Shown: piece after piece, positions 9,955 through 20,536 of the stretch
How positions within the stretch are numbered: the first letter of the stretch is position 1
Layout: every line of letters begins with the position of its first letter
Source of the DNA: an uncultured Planctomycetota bacterium
GTDB lineage: Bacteria > Planctomycetota > Planctomycetia > Isosphaerales > Isosphaeraceae
Assembly: GCA_963823665.1 (NCBI GenBank)
Contig: CAWGMQ010000003.1
Coordinates: 1,600,001-1,664,000 of the forward strand
Direction: 5' to 3'
DNA: 64,000 bases
Notes under the pieces: generated by a model
Databases searched by the model: none
The model's input: only the letters and a program-made list of their open reading frames with translations
What the model was told of the DNA's origin: nothing
Position numbers and translations under genes: made by a program

Positions 9955-12900
9955 ATGAACGAAGAAACGCTGTTCCAATTAGCGTTGTCCCGACCTCCCG
10001 AGGAGCGTGCCGGCTTGCTGGAGCGGGAATGCGCAGGGCGGCCGGAGGTCCTGGCGGCTGTCGAGGCACTGCTGGCGGCGCATGAAAAGTCGGGAAACGT
10101 CCTCGACCGTCCCGTGGGCCAGCGTGTGGATTCTGGCCCCGGCCTTGCCCGTGCTGATGCGACCCTCGAACACAGTCCGGGTGCGGACGACTCGTCTCGC
10201 GCAATCTCCGGAACGGAAGATTACCGCCCGATTGCTGCGGCCGGCATCGTCATCGCGGGCCGTTACACTCTCCTGGAGAAGATCGGCGAAGGGGGCATGG
10301 GCGAGGTCTGGGTCGCGAAGCAGACAGAGCCGGTCAAGCGCAAGGTGGCGCTCAAGCTGATCAAGACCGGGATGGACTCGCGAGCCGTGCTGCAACGGTT
10401 CGAGCAAGAGCGGCAGGCGCTGGCGATGATGGATCATCCCAACATCGCCCGCGTTCTCGACGGCGGCCTCACGCCCACAGGCCAGCCGTTCTTTGTCATG
10501 GACCTGGTCAACGGCCTGCCGCTCACAAGATTCTGCGACGAGGCCCGGCTGACGAGCGAAGGGCGGCTGGAGCTCTTCGTGCCGATCTGCCAGGCGGTGC
10601 AGCACGCGCACCAGAAGGGGATCGTCCATCGCGATCTAAAGCCGGCGAACATTCTGGTCACGATCGTCGACGGCAAGCCGATTCCCAAGGTCATCGACTT
10701 CGGCGTGGCCAAGGCGGTCGCCGGCAGGCTGACCGACGAGTCGATGTCGACGCAGTTCGGCGCGGTGATTGGAACATTCGAGTACATGTCGCCGGAACAA
10801 GCGGGCTATTCGGGAGTCGATGTCGATACGCGCGCCGACATCTACTCGCTGGGCGTCATCCTGTACGAACTCCTCACCGGACTGAGGCCCTTTGATGCCA
10901 AACGGCTACGGAATGCGGCGCTCACGGAGATGATTCGGATCATCCGGGAGGAGGAGCCCTCCAAGCCGTCGACACGGCTCTCGACCGATCTATCGCTTCC
11001 CTCGATGGCGGCGCTGCGGCAGATTGAGCCTCGCAAGCTGACGGCTTTGTTGCGCGGCGAGCTGGACTGGGTGGTGATGAAGTGCTTGGAGAAGCACCGG
11101 GAACGGCGGTATGAGACTGCCAGCGCGCTGGCGCGCGACATTCAACGCTACCTCGCCGATGAAGCCGTGGAGGCCCGTCCGGCGTCGACCGGGTATCGGT
11201 TCGGGAAGTTCCTGCGGCGGAATCGGGGGCCGGTGGGGGCCGCGAGCGTGGTGCTGCTGGCCCTCGTTGTCGGCATCGTGGGGACGAGCTATGGGATGAT
11301 CCGGGCGGAGCAGCGGCGGCTTGAGGCGGACGAAGCCCGCAGTCGCGAGGCGCAGCAGCGGGCGAACGCGGAGAAGGCGCGGGACCGGACCCGGCAGGCG
11401 CTCGACGCCATGACCTCGTCGGTCACGGGGGATTCGCTCACGACGCAGAAGGAGATCAGCGACGAGCAGAAGAAGTTCCTGACCGAGGTGCTCTCCTACT
11501 ACCAGGAGTTTGCTGGGGAGAAGGCGGACGACGAACAGTCGCGGGCCCGAACGGCGGCGGCCGCTTTTCGCGTCGGTGTCATCGAGTACCGCCTGGGGCG
11601 ATGGGCAGAAGCGGCGGTCGCGTGCCGACTGGCTATCGACGGCTACGCGAAGCTGGCCGCCGAGTTCCCAGCCGCGCCTGTGTACCGCAACGGCCTGGGC
11701 GGCGGCCGCATCAACCTGGGAATTCTGCTGTCCAACCTGGGGCAGCACCCGGAGGCGGAGCAGCAGTATCGGAAAGCTCTGGTGATCCAGGAGAAGCTGG
11801 CCGCCGAGTTCCCCGCCGTACAGTTGTACCGACGGTTCCTGGGGCACAATCGCGCCAGCCTGGGATCTCTTCTGAGAGATCTGGGGATGGTGACTGAGGC
11901 AGAGGATCAGTGTCGCCAAGCTCTCGCGATCATGGAGAAGCTGGTCGCGGATTTCGCGGCCGTTGAGGACCGCGAGAGCGTCGCCGAGACCCACTCGAGC
12001 CTGGGGGCTCTGCTGGGCCTCCGAGGGAAGCGGCCGGAGGAGGAGGAGCAGTTTCGGAAAGCCCTGGCGATCGGGGAGAAGCTGGTCGCGGAGTTCCCCG
12101 CCGTGCCGGAGTACCGCAACGGCCTGGCCCGCAGCCACAACAATCTGGGGATTCTGCTGGTCGGCCTTGGGAGGCAACTGGAGGCGGAGGAGCGGTACCG
12201 GAAAGCCCTGGCGATCCAGGAGAAGCTGGTCGCAGAGTTCCCCGCCGTGCCGGAGTACCGCAAGGGCCTGGCCGGCACCCACAACAACCTGGGGAATCTG
12301 GTACCCGGGCTGGGGAAGCGGACGGAGGCAGAGGAGCACCATCGGAAAGCCCTGGCGATCCAGGAGAAGCTGGCCGCAGAGTTCCCCGCCGTGCCGAAGT
12401 ACCGAGAGCTCCTGGCTTTAGGCCACCACAACCTGGGGCTTTGGCTGTCCAGTCTGGGGAAGGGGCCGGAGGCGCAGGAGCACCATCGGAAAGCCCTGGC
12501 GATCCTGGAAACGCTGGTCGCCGATATCCCCGCCGTACCGGAGTACCGAAAGTACCTGTCCGGCAGCCATAACGGCCTGGGGAATCTGGTAGCCAGCCTG
12601 GGGCGGCGGCCGGAGGCGGAGGAGCACTATCGGAAAGCCCTAGTGATCCAGGAGAAGCTGGCCGCGGAGTTCCCCGCCGTGCCGGAGTACCGCGATGACC
12701 TGGCAGGCAGCCACAACAACCTCGGGAGTGTGCTGGCCGGCCTGGGGAAGCAGTCGGAGGCGGAAGAGCGGTATCGGAAAGCCCTGGCGATCAGTGAGAA
12801 GTTAGCCGCCGAGTTCCCCGCCGTGCCGGAATACCGCCACAGCCTGGCCAAAAGCGACAGCGGGCTGGGCGCTCTGCTGGCCGGCCTGGGGAAGCGGCCA

Positions 12901-15900
12901 GAGGCAGAGGAGCAGTATCGGAGAGCTCTGGTGATCCAGGAGAAGTTGGTGGCCGAATTCCCCGACGTGCCGGAGTACCGCACGGAACTGGCCAAGAGCC
13001 ACAGCGATCTGGGGCTTGTGTTGGCCGACCTGGGGAAGCGGCCAGAGGCGGAGGAACAGAATCGGACAGCCGTGGTGATCCAGGAGAAGCTGATGGCCGA
13101 GTTCCCCGACGTACCGGAGTACCGCAAGCTTCTGGCCGCAAGCCGCTACAACCTGGGCGTTCTGCTGGCCGACCTGGGGAAGCGGCCAGAGGCGCAGGAG
13201 CAGTATCGGAAAGGCCTGGCGATAGGGGAGAAGCTGGTTGCCGAGTTCCCCGACGTGCCGGAGTACCGCAATGACCTGGGCACCGGCCACAATAACCTGG
13301 GGCTTCTGCTGGCCGATCTGGGGAAGCAGTTTGCGGCGGAGGAGCAGTATCGGAAAGCCCTGGCAATCCAGGAGAAGCTGGCCGCCGAGTTCCCCGCCGT
13401 GCCGCTGTACCGCCGCATCCTAGCCCTCAGCCACCTCAACCTGGGGAATCAACTGGGGCGTCTCGGCAAGCGGCCGGCAGCGAACGAGCGGTATCGGAAA
13501 GCCCTGGCGATCCAGGAGAAGTTGGTGGCCGAATTCCCCGCCGTGCCGAAGTACCGCGCGGAACTGGCCAAGGGCCACAACAATCTGGGGGTTGTGTTGG
13601 CCGACCTCGGGAAGCGGCCGGAGGCGGAGGAGCAGTATCGCAAAGCGCTGGCAATCCAGGAGAAACTCGCCGCCCTCTTCCCGGCCGTGCCGGAGTACCG
13701 CGAGAGCCTGGCCGGCAGCCACGGCAACCTGGGAAATCTGCTGTCCAAGCTGGGGCAGCACTCTGAGGCGGAGCAGCACTATCGGAAAGCTCTGGTGATC
13801 CAGGAGAAGCTGGTCGCCGACTTCCCCGCCGTGGCGGAATACCGAAAGGGCGTGGCCGCCAGCGGCAGCAACCTGGGGAATCTACTCGCCGGCCTGGGCA
13901 AGCGGCCGGAGGCGGAAGAGCTGCATCGGAAAGCGCTGGCGATCCTGGAAAAGCTGGCCGCTGAGTTCCCCGCCGTTTCGGAGTACCGCGAGAGCCTGGC
14001 CGGCGGCCACGGCAGCCTGGGAAATCTGCTCGCCGGCCCGGGGACGTGGCCGGAGGCGGAGGAGCATTTTCGGAAAGCCATGGCCATCTACGAGCAGCTG
14101 GCCACCGAATACCCCACCGTGTCGGCGCATCGCTCGGCACTGGCCATGAGCCACCACAATCTGGGACTTGTGTTGGCCGACCTCGGAAAGCGGCCGGAGG
14201 CGGAGAAGCAGTATCGCAAAGCGCTGGCGATCCAGGAGAAGTTGGCCGCTGAGTTCCCCGCCGTGCCGGAGTACCGCCATAACCTGGCGAACAGCGAGCA
14301 CAGCCTGGGGAAGCTGCTATCAGGACTGGGGAAGGGGCCGGAGGCAGAGCAGAAGTATCGGAAAGCCATGGCCATCCACGAGAAGCTGGCCACCGAATAC
14401 CCCGCCGCGCCGGACTACCGCGGCGCCCTGGCCGTCAACCACACCGGCCTGGGGCTTCTGCTGGCCGGCATGGGGAAGCGGGCGGAGGCGGAGGAGCAGT
14501 ATCGGAAAGCCCTGGCGATCCTGGAAACGCTGGCCGCCGAGTTCCCCACTGTGCGGCAGTACCGAGTCGACCTGGGTGGTGATTACTGCAATTTCGGCGC
14601 TCTGGTCATGGGCGGCGGCCAGCCGAGTGAGAGCCTGGAGTGGTTCGACAAAGCCATTCGCATTTTGACGGCCGTCTACGAACAGGATCGCGGGTTCGTT
14701 ATGGCCAGAGCATTTCTGCGAAATAGCCACTTCGGCCGAGCTCAGGCCTATGATCTCTTGCGAAAGTTCACCGAAGCGATCAGGGACTGGGACAAGGCCG
14801 TCGAGCTCAGCCCGGAGGAGTACGTCACGGAGCTCCGCCGAAATCTGGCCAGCAGCCACGCTGGCCTGGGGGATCTGCTGGCTGGCCTGGGTAATCGGGC
14901 GGAGGCGGAGGAGCCGTATCGGAAAGCCCTCGCGATTCGGGAGAAGCTAGTCGCCGAGTTCCCCGGCGTGCCGGAGTACCGCAACGTCCTGGCCCGCAGC
15001 CACAACAAACTGGGGATCCTGCTGGCCGGCCTTGGGAGGCAGCCGGAGGCGGAGGAGCGGTATCGGAAAGCCCTGGCGATCCAGGAGAAGCTGGCCGCCG
15101 AGTTTCCCGCCGTGCCGGAGCACCGCACTGCCGTGGCCGGCAGCCACAATGACCTTGGGAACCTGCTGGCCGGCCTGGAAAAGCGGCCGGAGGCGGAAGA
15201 GCAGTATCGGAAAGCCCTGGCGATCGAGGAGAAGCTGGTCGTCGAGTTCCCCGCCGTGCCGGCGTACCGCACGATGCTGGCCAGCAGCAACGACTACCTG
15301 GGGATTCTGTTGCCCGGCCTGGGCAAAGGGCTCGAGGCGGAGGATCAGTTTCGGAAAGCCCTGGCGATTCGGGAGAGGCTGGTCGAAGAGTTCCCAGCCG
15401 TGCCGCAATATCGAGTCGCGCTGAGTGCTGGTTACTGCAACCTGGGCGGTCTGGTGAGTAACAGCGGTCGGCCCGGTGAAAGCTTGGAGTGGTTCGAGAA
15501 AGCCATCCGCACATTGACGCCTGTGTACGAACAGGATCGCCGGTTGGTTCTGGCGAGAGAGTTTCTCCGCACTTGTCACCGGAACCGAGCCACTACTTAT
15601 TATCGCCTGCGGAAGTTCACCGAGGCGATCAAGGACTGGGACAAGGCCATCGAGCTCAGTCCGGCGGCAGAGCAACCAGGGCTGCGCGCGTCACGGGCCA
15701 CATCGCGGGTGCAGGCGGGTGAGATGGCCGAGGCCGTGGCGGAGGTTGCCGAGCTGACGAAGTCCCTTGAGTGGAATTCCGGTCAGTGGTACGACTTTGC
15801 CTGCGTCTACGCCGTCGCCAGCGGCAAGAGCGCTGACAAGAAGCAGGAGTATGCCGACCGGGCGATGGAACTGCTGCGAAATTCTGTCAAGGGCGGGTGG

Positions 15901-16023
15901 AAGGACGCCGCACATATGGCCAAGGACACGGATCTTGATGCCATCCGGGGGCGGGAGGACTTCAAGAAGTTGATTGAGGGGTTGGCGAGGAATTCGCCGG
16001 ACGAAAATGAGCGGAAACCGTGA
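9955..16023 (+). CDS. Membrane Ser/Thr protein kinase with about 24 48-aa TPR-like repeats
   Basis: Hanks motifs IGEGGMGEV, VALK, HRDLKPAN, DFG, YMSPE; TM segment VGAASVVLLALVVGIVG; 144-bp repeat array; terminal YDFAC...DTDLDAIRGREDF cap; ATG 9955 with GGAGG RBS. Confidence 0.95.
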   Translation: MNEETLFQLALSRPPEERAGLLERECAGRPEVLAAVEALLAAHEKSGNVLDRPVGQRVDSGPGLARADATLEHSPGADDSSRAISGTEDYRPIAAAGIVIAGRYTLLEKIGEGGMGEVWVAKQTEPVKRKVALKLIKTGMDSRAVLQRFEQERQALAMMDHPNIARVLDGGLTPTGQPFFVMDLVNGLPLTRFCDEARLTSEGRLELFVPICQAVQHAHQKGIVHRDLKPANILVTIVDGKPIPKVIDFGVAKAVAGRLTDESMSTQFGAVIGTFEYMSPEQAGYSGVDVDTRADIYSLGVILYELLTGLRPFDAKRLRNAALTEMIRIIREEEPSKPSTRLSTDLSLPSMAALRQIEPRKLTALLRGELDWVVMKCLEKHRERRYETASALARDIQRYLADEAVEARPASTGYRFGKFLRRNRGPVGAASVVLLALVVGIVGTSYGMIRAEQRRLEADEARSREAQQRANAEKARDRTRQALDAMTSSVTGDSLTTQKEISDEQKKFLTEVLSYYQEFAGEKADDEQSRARTAAAAFRVGVIEYRLGRWAEAAVACRLAIDGYAKLAAEFPAAPVYRNGLGGGRINLGILLSNLGQHPEAEQQYRKALVIQEKLAAEFPAVQLYRRFLGHNRASLGSLLRDLGMVTEAEDQCRQALAIMEKLVADFAAVEDRESVAETHSSLGALLGLRGKRPEEEEQFRKALAIGEKLVAEFPAVPEYRNGLARSHNNLGILLVGLGRQLEAEERYRKALAIQEKLVAEFPAVPEYRKGLAGTHNNLGNLVPGLGKRTEAEEHHRKALAIQEKLAAEFPAVPKYRELLALGHHNLGLWLSSLGKGPEAQEHHRKALAILETLVADIPAVPEYRKYLSGSHNGLGNLVASLGRRPEAEEHYRKALVIQEKLAAEFPAVPEYRDDLAGSHNNLGSVLAGLGKQSEAEERYRKALAISEKLAAEFPAVPEYRHSLAKSDSGLGALLAGLGKRPEAEEQYRRALVIQEKLVAEFPDVPEYRTELAKSHSDLGLVLADLGKRPEAEEQNRTAVVIQEKLMAEFPDVPEYRKLLAASRYNLGVLLADLGKRPEAQEQYRKGLAIGEKLVAEFPDVPEYRNDLGTGHNNLGLLLADLGKQFAAEEQYRKALAIQEKLAAEFPAVPLYRRILALSHLNLGNQLGRLGKRPAANERYRKALAIQEKLVAEFPAVPKYRAELAKGHNNLGVVLADLGKRPEAEEQYRKALAIQEKLAALFPAVPEYRESLAGSHGNLGNLLSKLGQHSEAEQHYRKALVIQEKLVADFPAVAEYRKGVAASGSNLGNLLAGLGKRPEAEELHRKALAILEKLAAEFPAVSEYRESLAGGHGSLGNLLAGPGTWPEAEEHFRKAMAIYEQLATEYPTVSAHRSALAMSHHNLGLVLADLGKRPEAEKQYRKALAIQEKLAAEFPAVPEYRHNLANSEHSLGKLLSGLGKGPEAEQKYRKAMAIHEKLATEYPAAPDYRGALAVNHTGLGLLLAGMGKRAEAEEQYRKALAILETLAAEFPTVRQYRVDLGGDYCNFGALVMGGGQPSESLEWFDKAIRILTAVYEQDRGFVMARAFLRNSHFGRAQAYDLLRKFTEAIRDWDKAVELSPEEYVTELRRNLASSHAGLGDLLAGLGNRAEAEEPYRKALAIREKLVAEFPGVPEYRNVLARSHNKLGILLAGLGRQPEAEERYRKALAIQEKLAAEFPAVPEHRTAVAGSHNDLGNLLAGLEKRPEAEEQYRKALAIEEKLVVEFPAVPAYRTMLASSNDYLGILLPGLGKGLEAEDQFRKALAIRERLVEEFPAVPQYRVALSAGYCNLGGLVSNSGRPGESLEWFEKAIRTLTPVYEQDRRLVLAREFLRTCHRNRATTYYRLRKFTEAIKDWDKAIELSPAAEQPGLRASRATSRVQAGEMAEAVAEVAELTKSLEWNSGQWYDFACVYAVASGKSADKKQEYADRAMELLRNSVKGGWKDAAHMAKDTDLDAIRGREDFKKLIEGLARNSPDENERKP

Positions 16024-16260
16024 GGGAAGGAACAACCGAAGATCAAGCGACTGGCGAGTCGGGCCTGGTCATCGTGGGGTGCTCCAGGCTGCGGGAGTCG
16101 GCGGCGTGATGGGGAGATGCTCATTCCGCGGGCTTTGCCGGGCCTGAGGTCATCAATTTGAGGTCGTCGCGTGCGCGTTCGCTTTGGCCTCTCGCGGCAA
16201 ATCGTGAGGCGATCGCTTGAATTGGCGGGCGGCACACGGAGTGTGCCTGCTACGTGGAGA

Positions 16261-16339
16261 AATGCGTCAGGCTAAAGCCTGACCTACGCTCTCGTGTCTC
16301 TGGAATGATGATAATGCGTCAGGCTAAAGCCTGACCTAC
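16261..16339 (-). repeat. Two direct copies of a GTAG-type REP (family B)
   Basis: AATGCGTCAGGCTAAAGCCTGACCTAC at 16261-16287 and 16313-16339. Confidence 0.85.
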
Positions 16340-17106
16340 TTGGGGGGCAGGTATGAGCGGGACCAGGCGGCATCTTTGGGGGAGAGGCGAGGCTCGGGGC
16401 GGGTCGCGTAGATGAAGTCGGCGTAGCCGGTTGAATCATAGACGTGTTCGAGGATCTCCTGAAGGTCGATTCGCGCGTCGGGGTCGGCGGGACGCAATGG
16501 GATCGGGATGACGGGTAGGCGCTGGCGCAAGGCGATCGGCCAGAAGCCGGCCCAGGGGCGGGCTTCGGCGCGGCTTACCAGTACGGAGTAGTCGCAGTTG
16601 GGGCGTTTCTCCAGCGGCATCGGGCGGCCGCCGCGGAGCAGGTCGATTTCGACGAAGTGCGCAGTTGCTCTGGAGCAATTCTTCGCGCTTGGCCACGAAT
16701 TGCTCGCGGTCGGCACCGGCACGCTTGTTTGATGGGCTCAGCATTTCGACGACCGTGATCAACTCGCGCCCGAGGCGATCCCGGACTTCTAAAAAAGGGA
16801 CGCGGCGCAGATCCTGGATGGGGATATGGACCTGTGTGGGTGCGTCGAGGATTGCCACTCCCGCGCTCGCTTCTTGCGCCTGGACTTCTTTGGCGCGGCT
16901 AGCGAGACGTCGGAGCGGCCCACCAGCCGGCACGGCGCGGCCGGGACCTCCTGGACATACAAATGCTCGTCGAGCATCACGATGTATTTCGGCCGCACCT
17001 GGGCGACCAGCCGTGCGCGAATCGCGGGCAGGAACTCCAGGTGGAAATCGTGCCAGAACGCATCCTGCTCGATGAAGGGGTTCATGCCTGGGAATGGTGA
17101 TGGCAT
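16336..17106 (-). CDS. DUF4058 family protein (PD-(D/E)XK-like), two frameshifts (assembly error or pseudogene)
   Basis: MPSPFPGMNPFIEQ..WHDFH; ITVVEMLSPSNK; HFVEIDLLRGG; LPVIPIPL. Split over three ORF-track frames, with shifts near 16890 and 16665. Confidence 0.85.
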
Positions 17107-17353
17107 CGAGATGATTCCATATGGGCCGGAACTACCGAGCTCGGGCGAGCGCATTAACAGGATCTAGCGTAGCACGGGTGTGCGTCAACGGCACACACGC
17201 GCGTTTCCAGGGCGCAGAGCCCCTGGCTGTTGACCTTTGCCCCGTTGGGGCAATTCGATGTCCGGACGCCAGCGCACCGCGGAGCGGCACAAGGTACATT
17301 CCGACGCGGGAGCGTTGGGAAGAGAACGCGTCGCCGAGCTGCTCCCAGCGGGA

Positions 17354-17847
17354 TCGACCGCGAGTGCGCCGCAGAGCGGCTCGAAGAACATTCCCACGCG
17401 GGAGCGTCGGAACGAGGAGAATGGGAACGCTCTTTCGCGGAGCGAAAGGCGACGATCGGGCGCGGTCGAACTCATCGCGTGTGGGCACTCGTGTGGTTCG
17501 ACCGCGAGTGCGCCGCAGAGCGGCTCGAAGAACATTCCCACGCGGGAGCGTCGGAACGAGGAGAATGAGAACGCTCTTTCGCGGAGCGAAAGGCGACGAT
17601 CGGGCGCGGTCGAACTCATCGCGTGTGGGCACTCGTGTGGTTCGACCGCGAGTGCGCCGCAGAGCGGCTGGAAGAGCGTTCCCACGCGGGAGCGTCGGAA
17701 CGAGGAGAATGGGAACGCTCTTTCGCGGAGCGAAAGGCGACGATCGGGCGCGGTCGAACTCATCGCGTGTGGGCACTCGTGTGGTTCGACCGCGAGTGCG
17801 CCGCAGAGCGGCTGGAAGAGCGTTCCCACGCGGAGCATGGGAACGAG
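17354..17847. repeat. 144-bp tandem repeat x about 3.4, built from REP-like palindromes (BIME-like)
   Basis: Units start at 17354, 17498, 17642 and 17786. Each full unit contains TTCCCACGCGGGAGCGTCGGAA and CTTTCGCGGAGCGAAAG palindromes. Confidence 0.92.
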
Positions 17848-17988
17848 GCGCAACGAGGAGCGGGGGCACTTATTCGGCGTACGTTCCGAATTCTGGATAT
17901 GATGTGCGAGGGATTCCTGATGCCGGCGACGCCGTCTCGTCGCACTGGGGTAGAGTCCACTTCGTAGTTGCTCGCCCGAGGTGCGGCC

Positions 17989-20536
17989 ATGAACGAAGAA
18001 ACGCTGTTCCAGGAAGCTTTGTCACGACCTCCCGACGAGCGTGCCGCCTTTCTGGAGCAGGAGTGTGCGGGGCGGCCGGAGGCCCTGGCGGCTGTCGAGG
18101 CACTGCTGGCGGCGCACGATATGTCGGGAAACGTCCTCGACGAGCGTGCGGACCGGACCCTGGATTCTGGCCCTGGACAGGCCAGTCCTGACGCCACCCT
18201 CGAGCACACTCCGGGTGCGGACGACGCGTCTGCCGCCGTCTCCGAAACCGAAGACTACCGCCCGATTGCTCCGGCCGGCATCGTCATCGCGGGGCGCTAT
18301 GCTCTCCTGGAGAAGATTGGCGAAGGGGGCATGGGCGAGGTCTGGGTCGCCAAGCAGACAGAGCCGGTCAAGCGCAAGGTGGCGCTCAAGCTGATCAAGA
18401 CCGGGATGGACTCGCGAGCTGTGCTGCAACGGTTCGAGCAGGAGCGGCAGGCGCTGGCGATGATGGATCATCCCAATATCGCGAAGGTGCTTGATGGCGG
18501 GCTTACGCCCAGCGGCCAGCCGTTCTTCGTCATGGAGCTGGTTTCCGGCCTGCCGCTGACAAGGTTTTGCGATGAGGCGAGGCTGAAGACCGAAGAGCGG
18601 CTGGAATTGTTTGTGCGCATCTGCCAGGCGGTGCAGCACGCGCATCAAAAGGGGATCGTGCACCGTGATCTCAAGCCGGCTAACATCCTGGTCACGATCG
18701 TCGACGGCAAGCCGATTCCCAAGGTCATCGACTTCGGCGTGGCCAAGGCGGTCGCCGGCAGGCTGACTGACGAATCGATGTCGACTCAGTTTGGCGCGGT
18801 CATCGGCACGTTAGAATATATGTCGCCGGAGCAGGCGAGTTTCTCGGGGATCGACATCGATACGCGCGCGGATATCTATTCGCTCGGCGTCATCCTTTAC
18901 GAATTGCTCACCGGCCTGAGGCCGATTGACGGCAGACGCCTGAGGAATGCGGCACTTACCGAGATGATTCGGATCATCCGGGAGGAGGAGCCTTCCAAGC
19001 CGTCGACGCGACTCTCGACGGATGAGTCGCTTCCGTCGATCGCGGCGCTGCGGCAGATTGAGCCTCGCAAGTTGACGGCCTTGTTGCGCGGCGAGCTGGA
19101 TTGGGTGGTGATGAAGTGTCTGGAGAAGCACCGGGAACGACGCTATGAGACGGCCAATGCGCTGGGCCGGGACGTGCAGCGCTACCTCGCTGATGAAACT
19201 GTGGAGGCCCGGCCGCCGTCGGCGGGGTATCGGTTGAGCAAGTTCTTGCGTCGGAACAAGGGGCCCGTGCTGGCGGCGAGTCTGGTGGTGCTGGCCTTGG
19301 TCGGCGGGATCGTCGGCACGACGGTCGGGATGCTGAGGGCGGATCGAGCGCGGGCGGCCGAGGCGAGACAACGCGGCATTGCGGAGGTGAATGAAGCGAA
19401 GGCTCTCCTTGCGGCCGAGGCGGAAAGGAAGGCGAAGGACCGGGAGGCCGAGCAGCGGGCGAAGGCGGAGAAGGCGCGGGACCGGACGCGGCAGGCACTC
19501 GATGCCATGACCTCGTCGGTCACCGGGGATTCGCTCACCACCCAGAAAGAGATCAGCGACGAACAGAAGAAGTTCTTGACCGAGGTGCTGTCGTACTACC
19601 AGGAGTTTGCCGGCGAGAAGGCCGACGACGAACCGTCGCGGGCCCGAACGGCGAAGGCGGCCTATCGGGTCGGTCACATCGAGTACCGCTTGGGCCGAAC
19701 CGCGGAAGCGCTGGCAGCCATCCGCCTCGCCGTCGACGGGTACGCGAAGCTGGACGCAGAGTTCCCTGCCCGGCCGGCGTACCAGCAGGCCCTGGCCAAC
19801 AGCCACAACAATCTGGGGCTTCTGCTGGCCGGCCTGGGGAAGGGGCTGGAGGCGGAGGAACAGTATCGGAAAGGTGCGGCGATCCGGGAAGACTGGTCGC
19901 CGAGTTCCCCGCGGTGCCACAATATCGAGTCGAGCTGGGGCGTGCTTACTACAATGTCGGCATTCAGGTGGGGAACCGCACCCAGCTTGGTGAAAGCCTG
20001 GAGTGGTTCGAGAAAGCCATCCGCACATTGATGCCGGTATACGAGCAGGATCGCCGGTCGGCCACGGCCAAGCAGCTTCTCCGCGATAGCCACCGGAACC
20101 GGGCCATTGCTTACGATCGCCTGCGGAAGTTCCCCGAGGCGATCAATGACTGGGACAAGGCCATCGAGCTCAGCCCGACGCCAGAGCAACCAGGCTTTCG
20201 CGCGTCGCGGGCCACATCGCGAGTCCAAGCCAGTCAGGTGGCCGAGGCTGTGGCGGAGGTCGCCGAGCTGACAAAGAACCCGACGTGGAACTCCATTCAG
20301 CGCTACGACTTTGCCTGCGTCTACGCCGTTGCAACGGCAAGATCGCCGACAAGAAGCAGGAGTATGCCGACCGGGCGATGGACCTGCTGCGAAATGCGGT
20401 GAGGGCCGGCTACAACGACGTCGCACACATGGCCAAGGACACGGATCTTGATGCTATCCGGGGACGGGAGGACTTCAAGAAGTTGATTGAGGAGCTCACG
20501 AAGAGATCGCCGGACGAAAAACAGCCGAAACCGTGA
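17989..20536 (+). CDS. Ser/Thr kinase-TM-TPR paralogue with a single 48-aa repeat; frameshifts near 19890 and 20335
   Basis: Kinase domain nearly identical to that of 9955-16023. The C-terminal cap continues in ORFs 19914-20402 and 20285-20536. Confidence 0.9.

Noticed and set aside
17354..17847. 144-bp tandem array as a CRISPR array or as a coding repeat protein
   Set aside because: Units are near-identical end to end with no unique spacers and no cas genes. ORFs are open in many frames on both strands, as expected for a GC-rich repeat whose length is a multiple of 3.
11662..17847. Same 144-bp period in the TPR array and the intergenic array, suggesting a template relationship
   Set aside because: I see no sequence similarity between the two units on either strand, so I treat it as coincidence.
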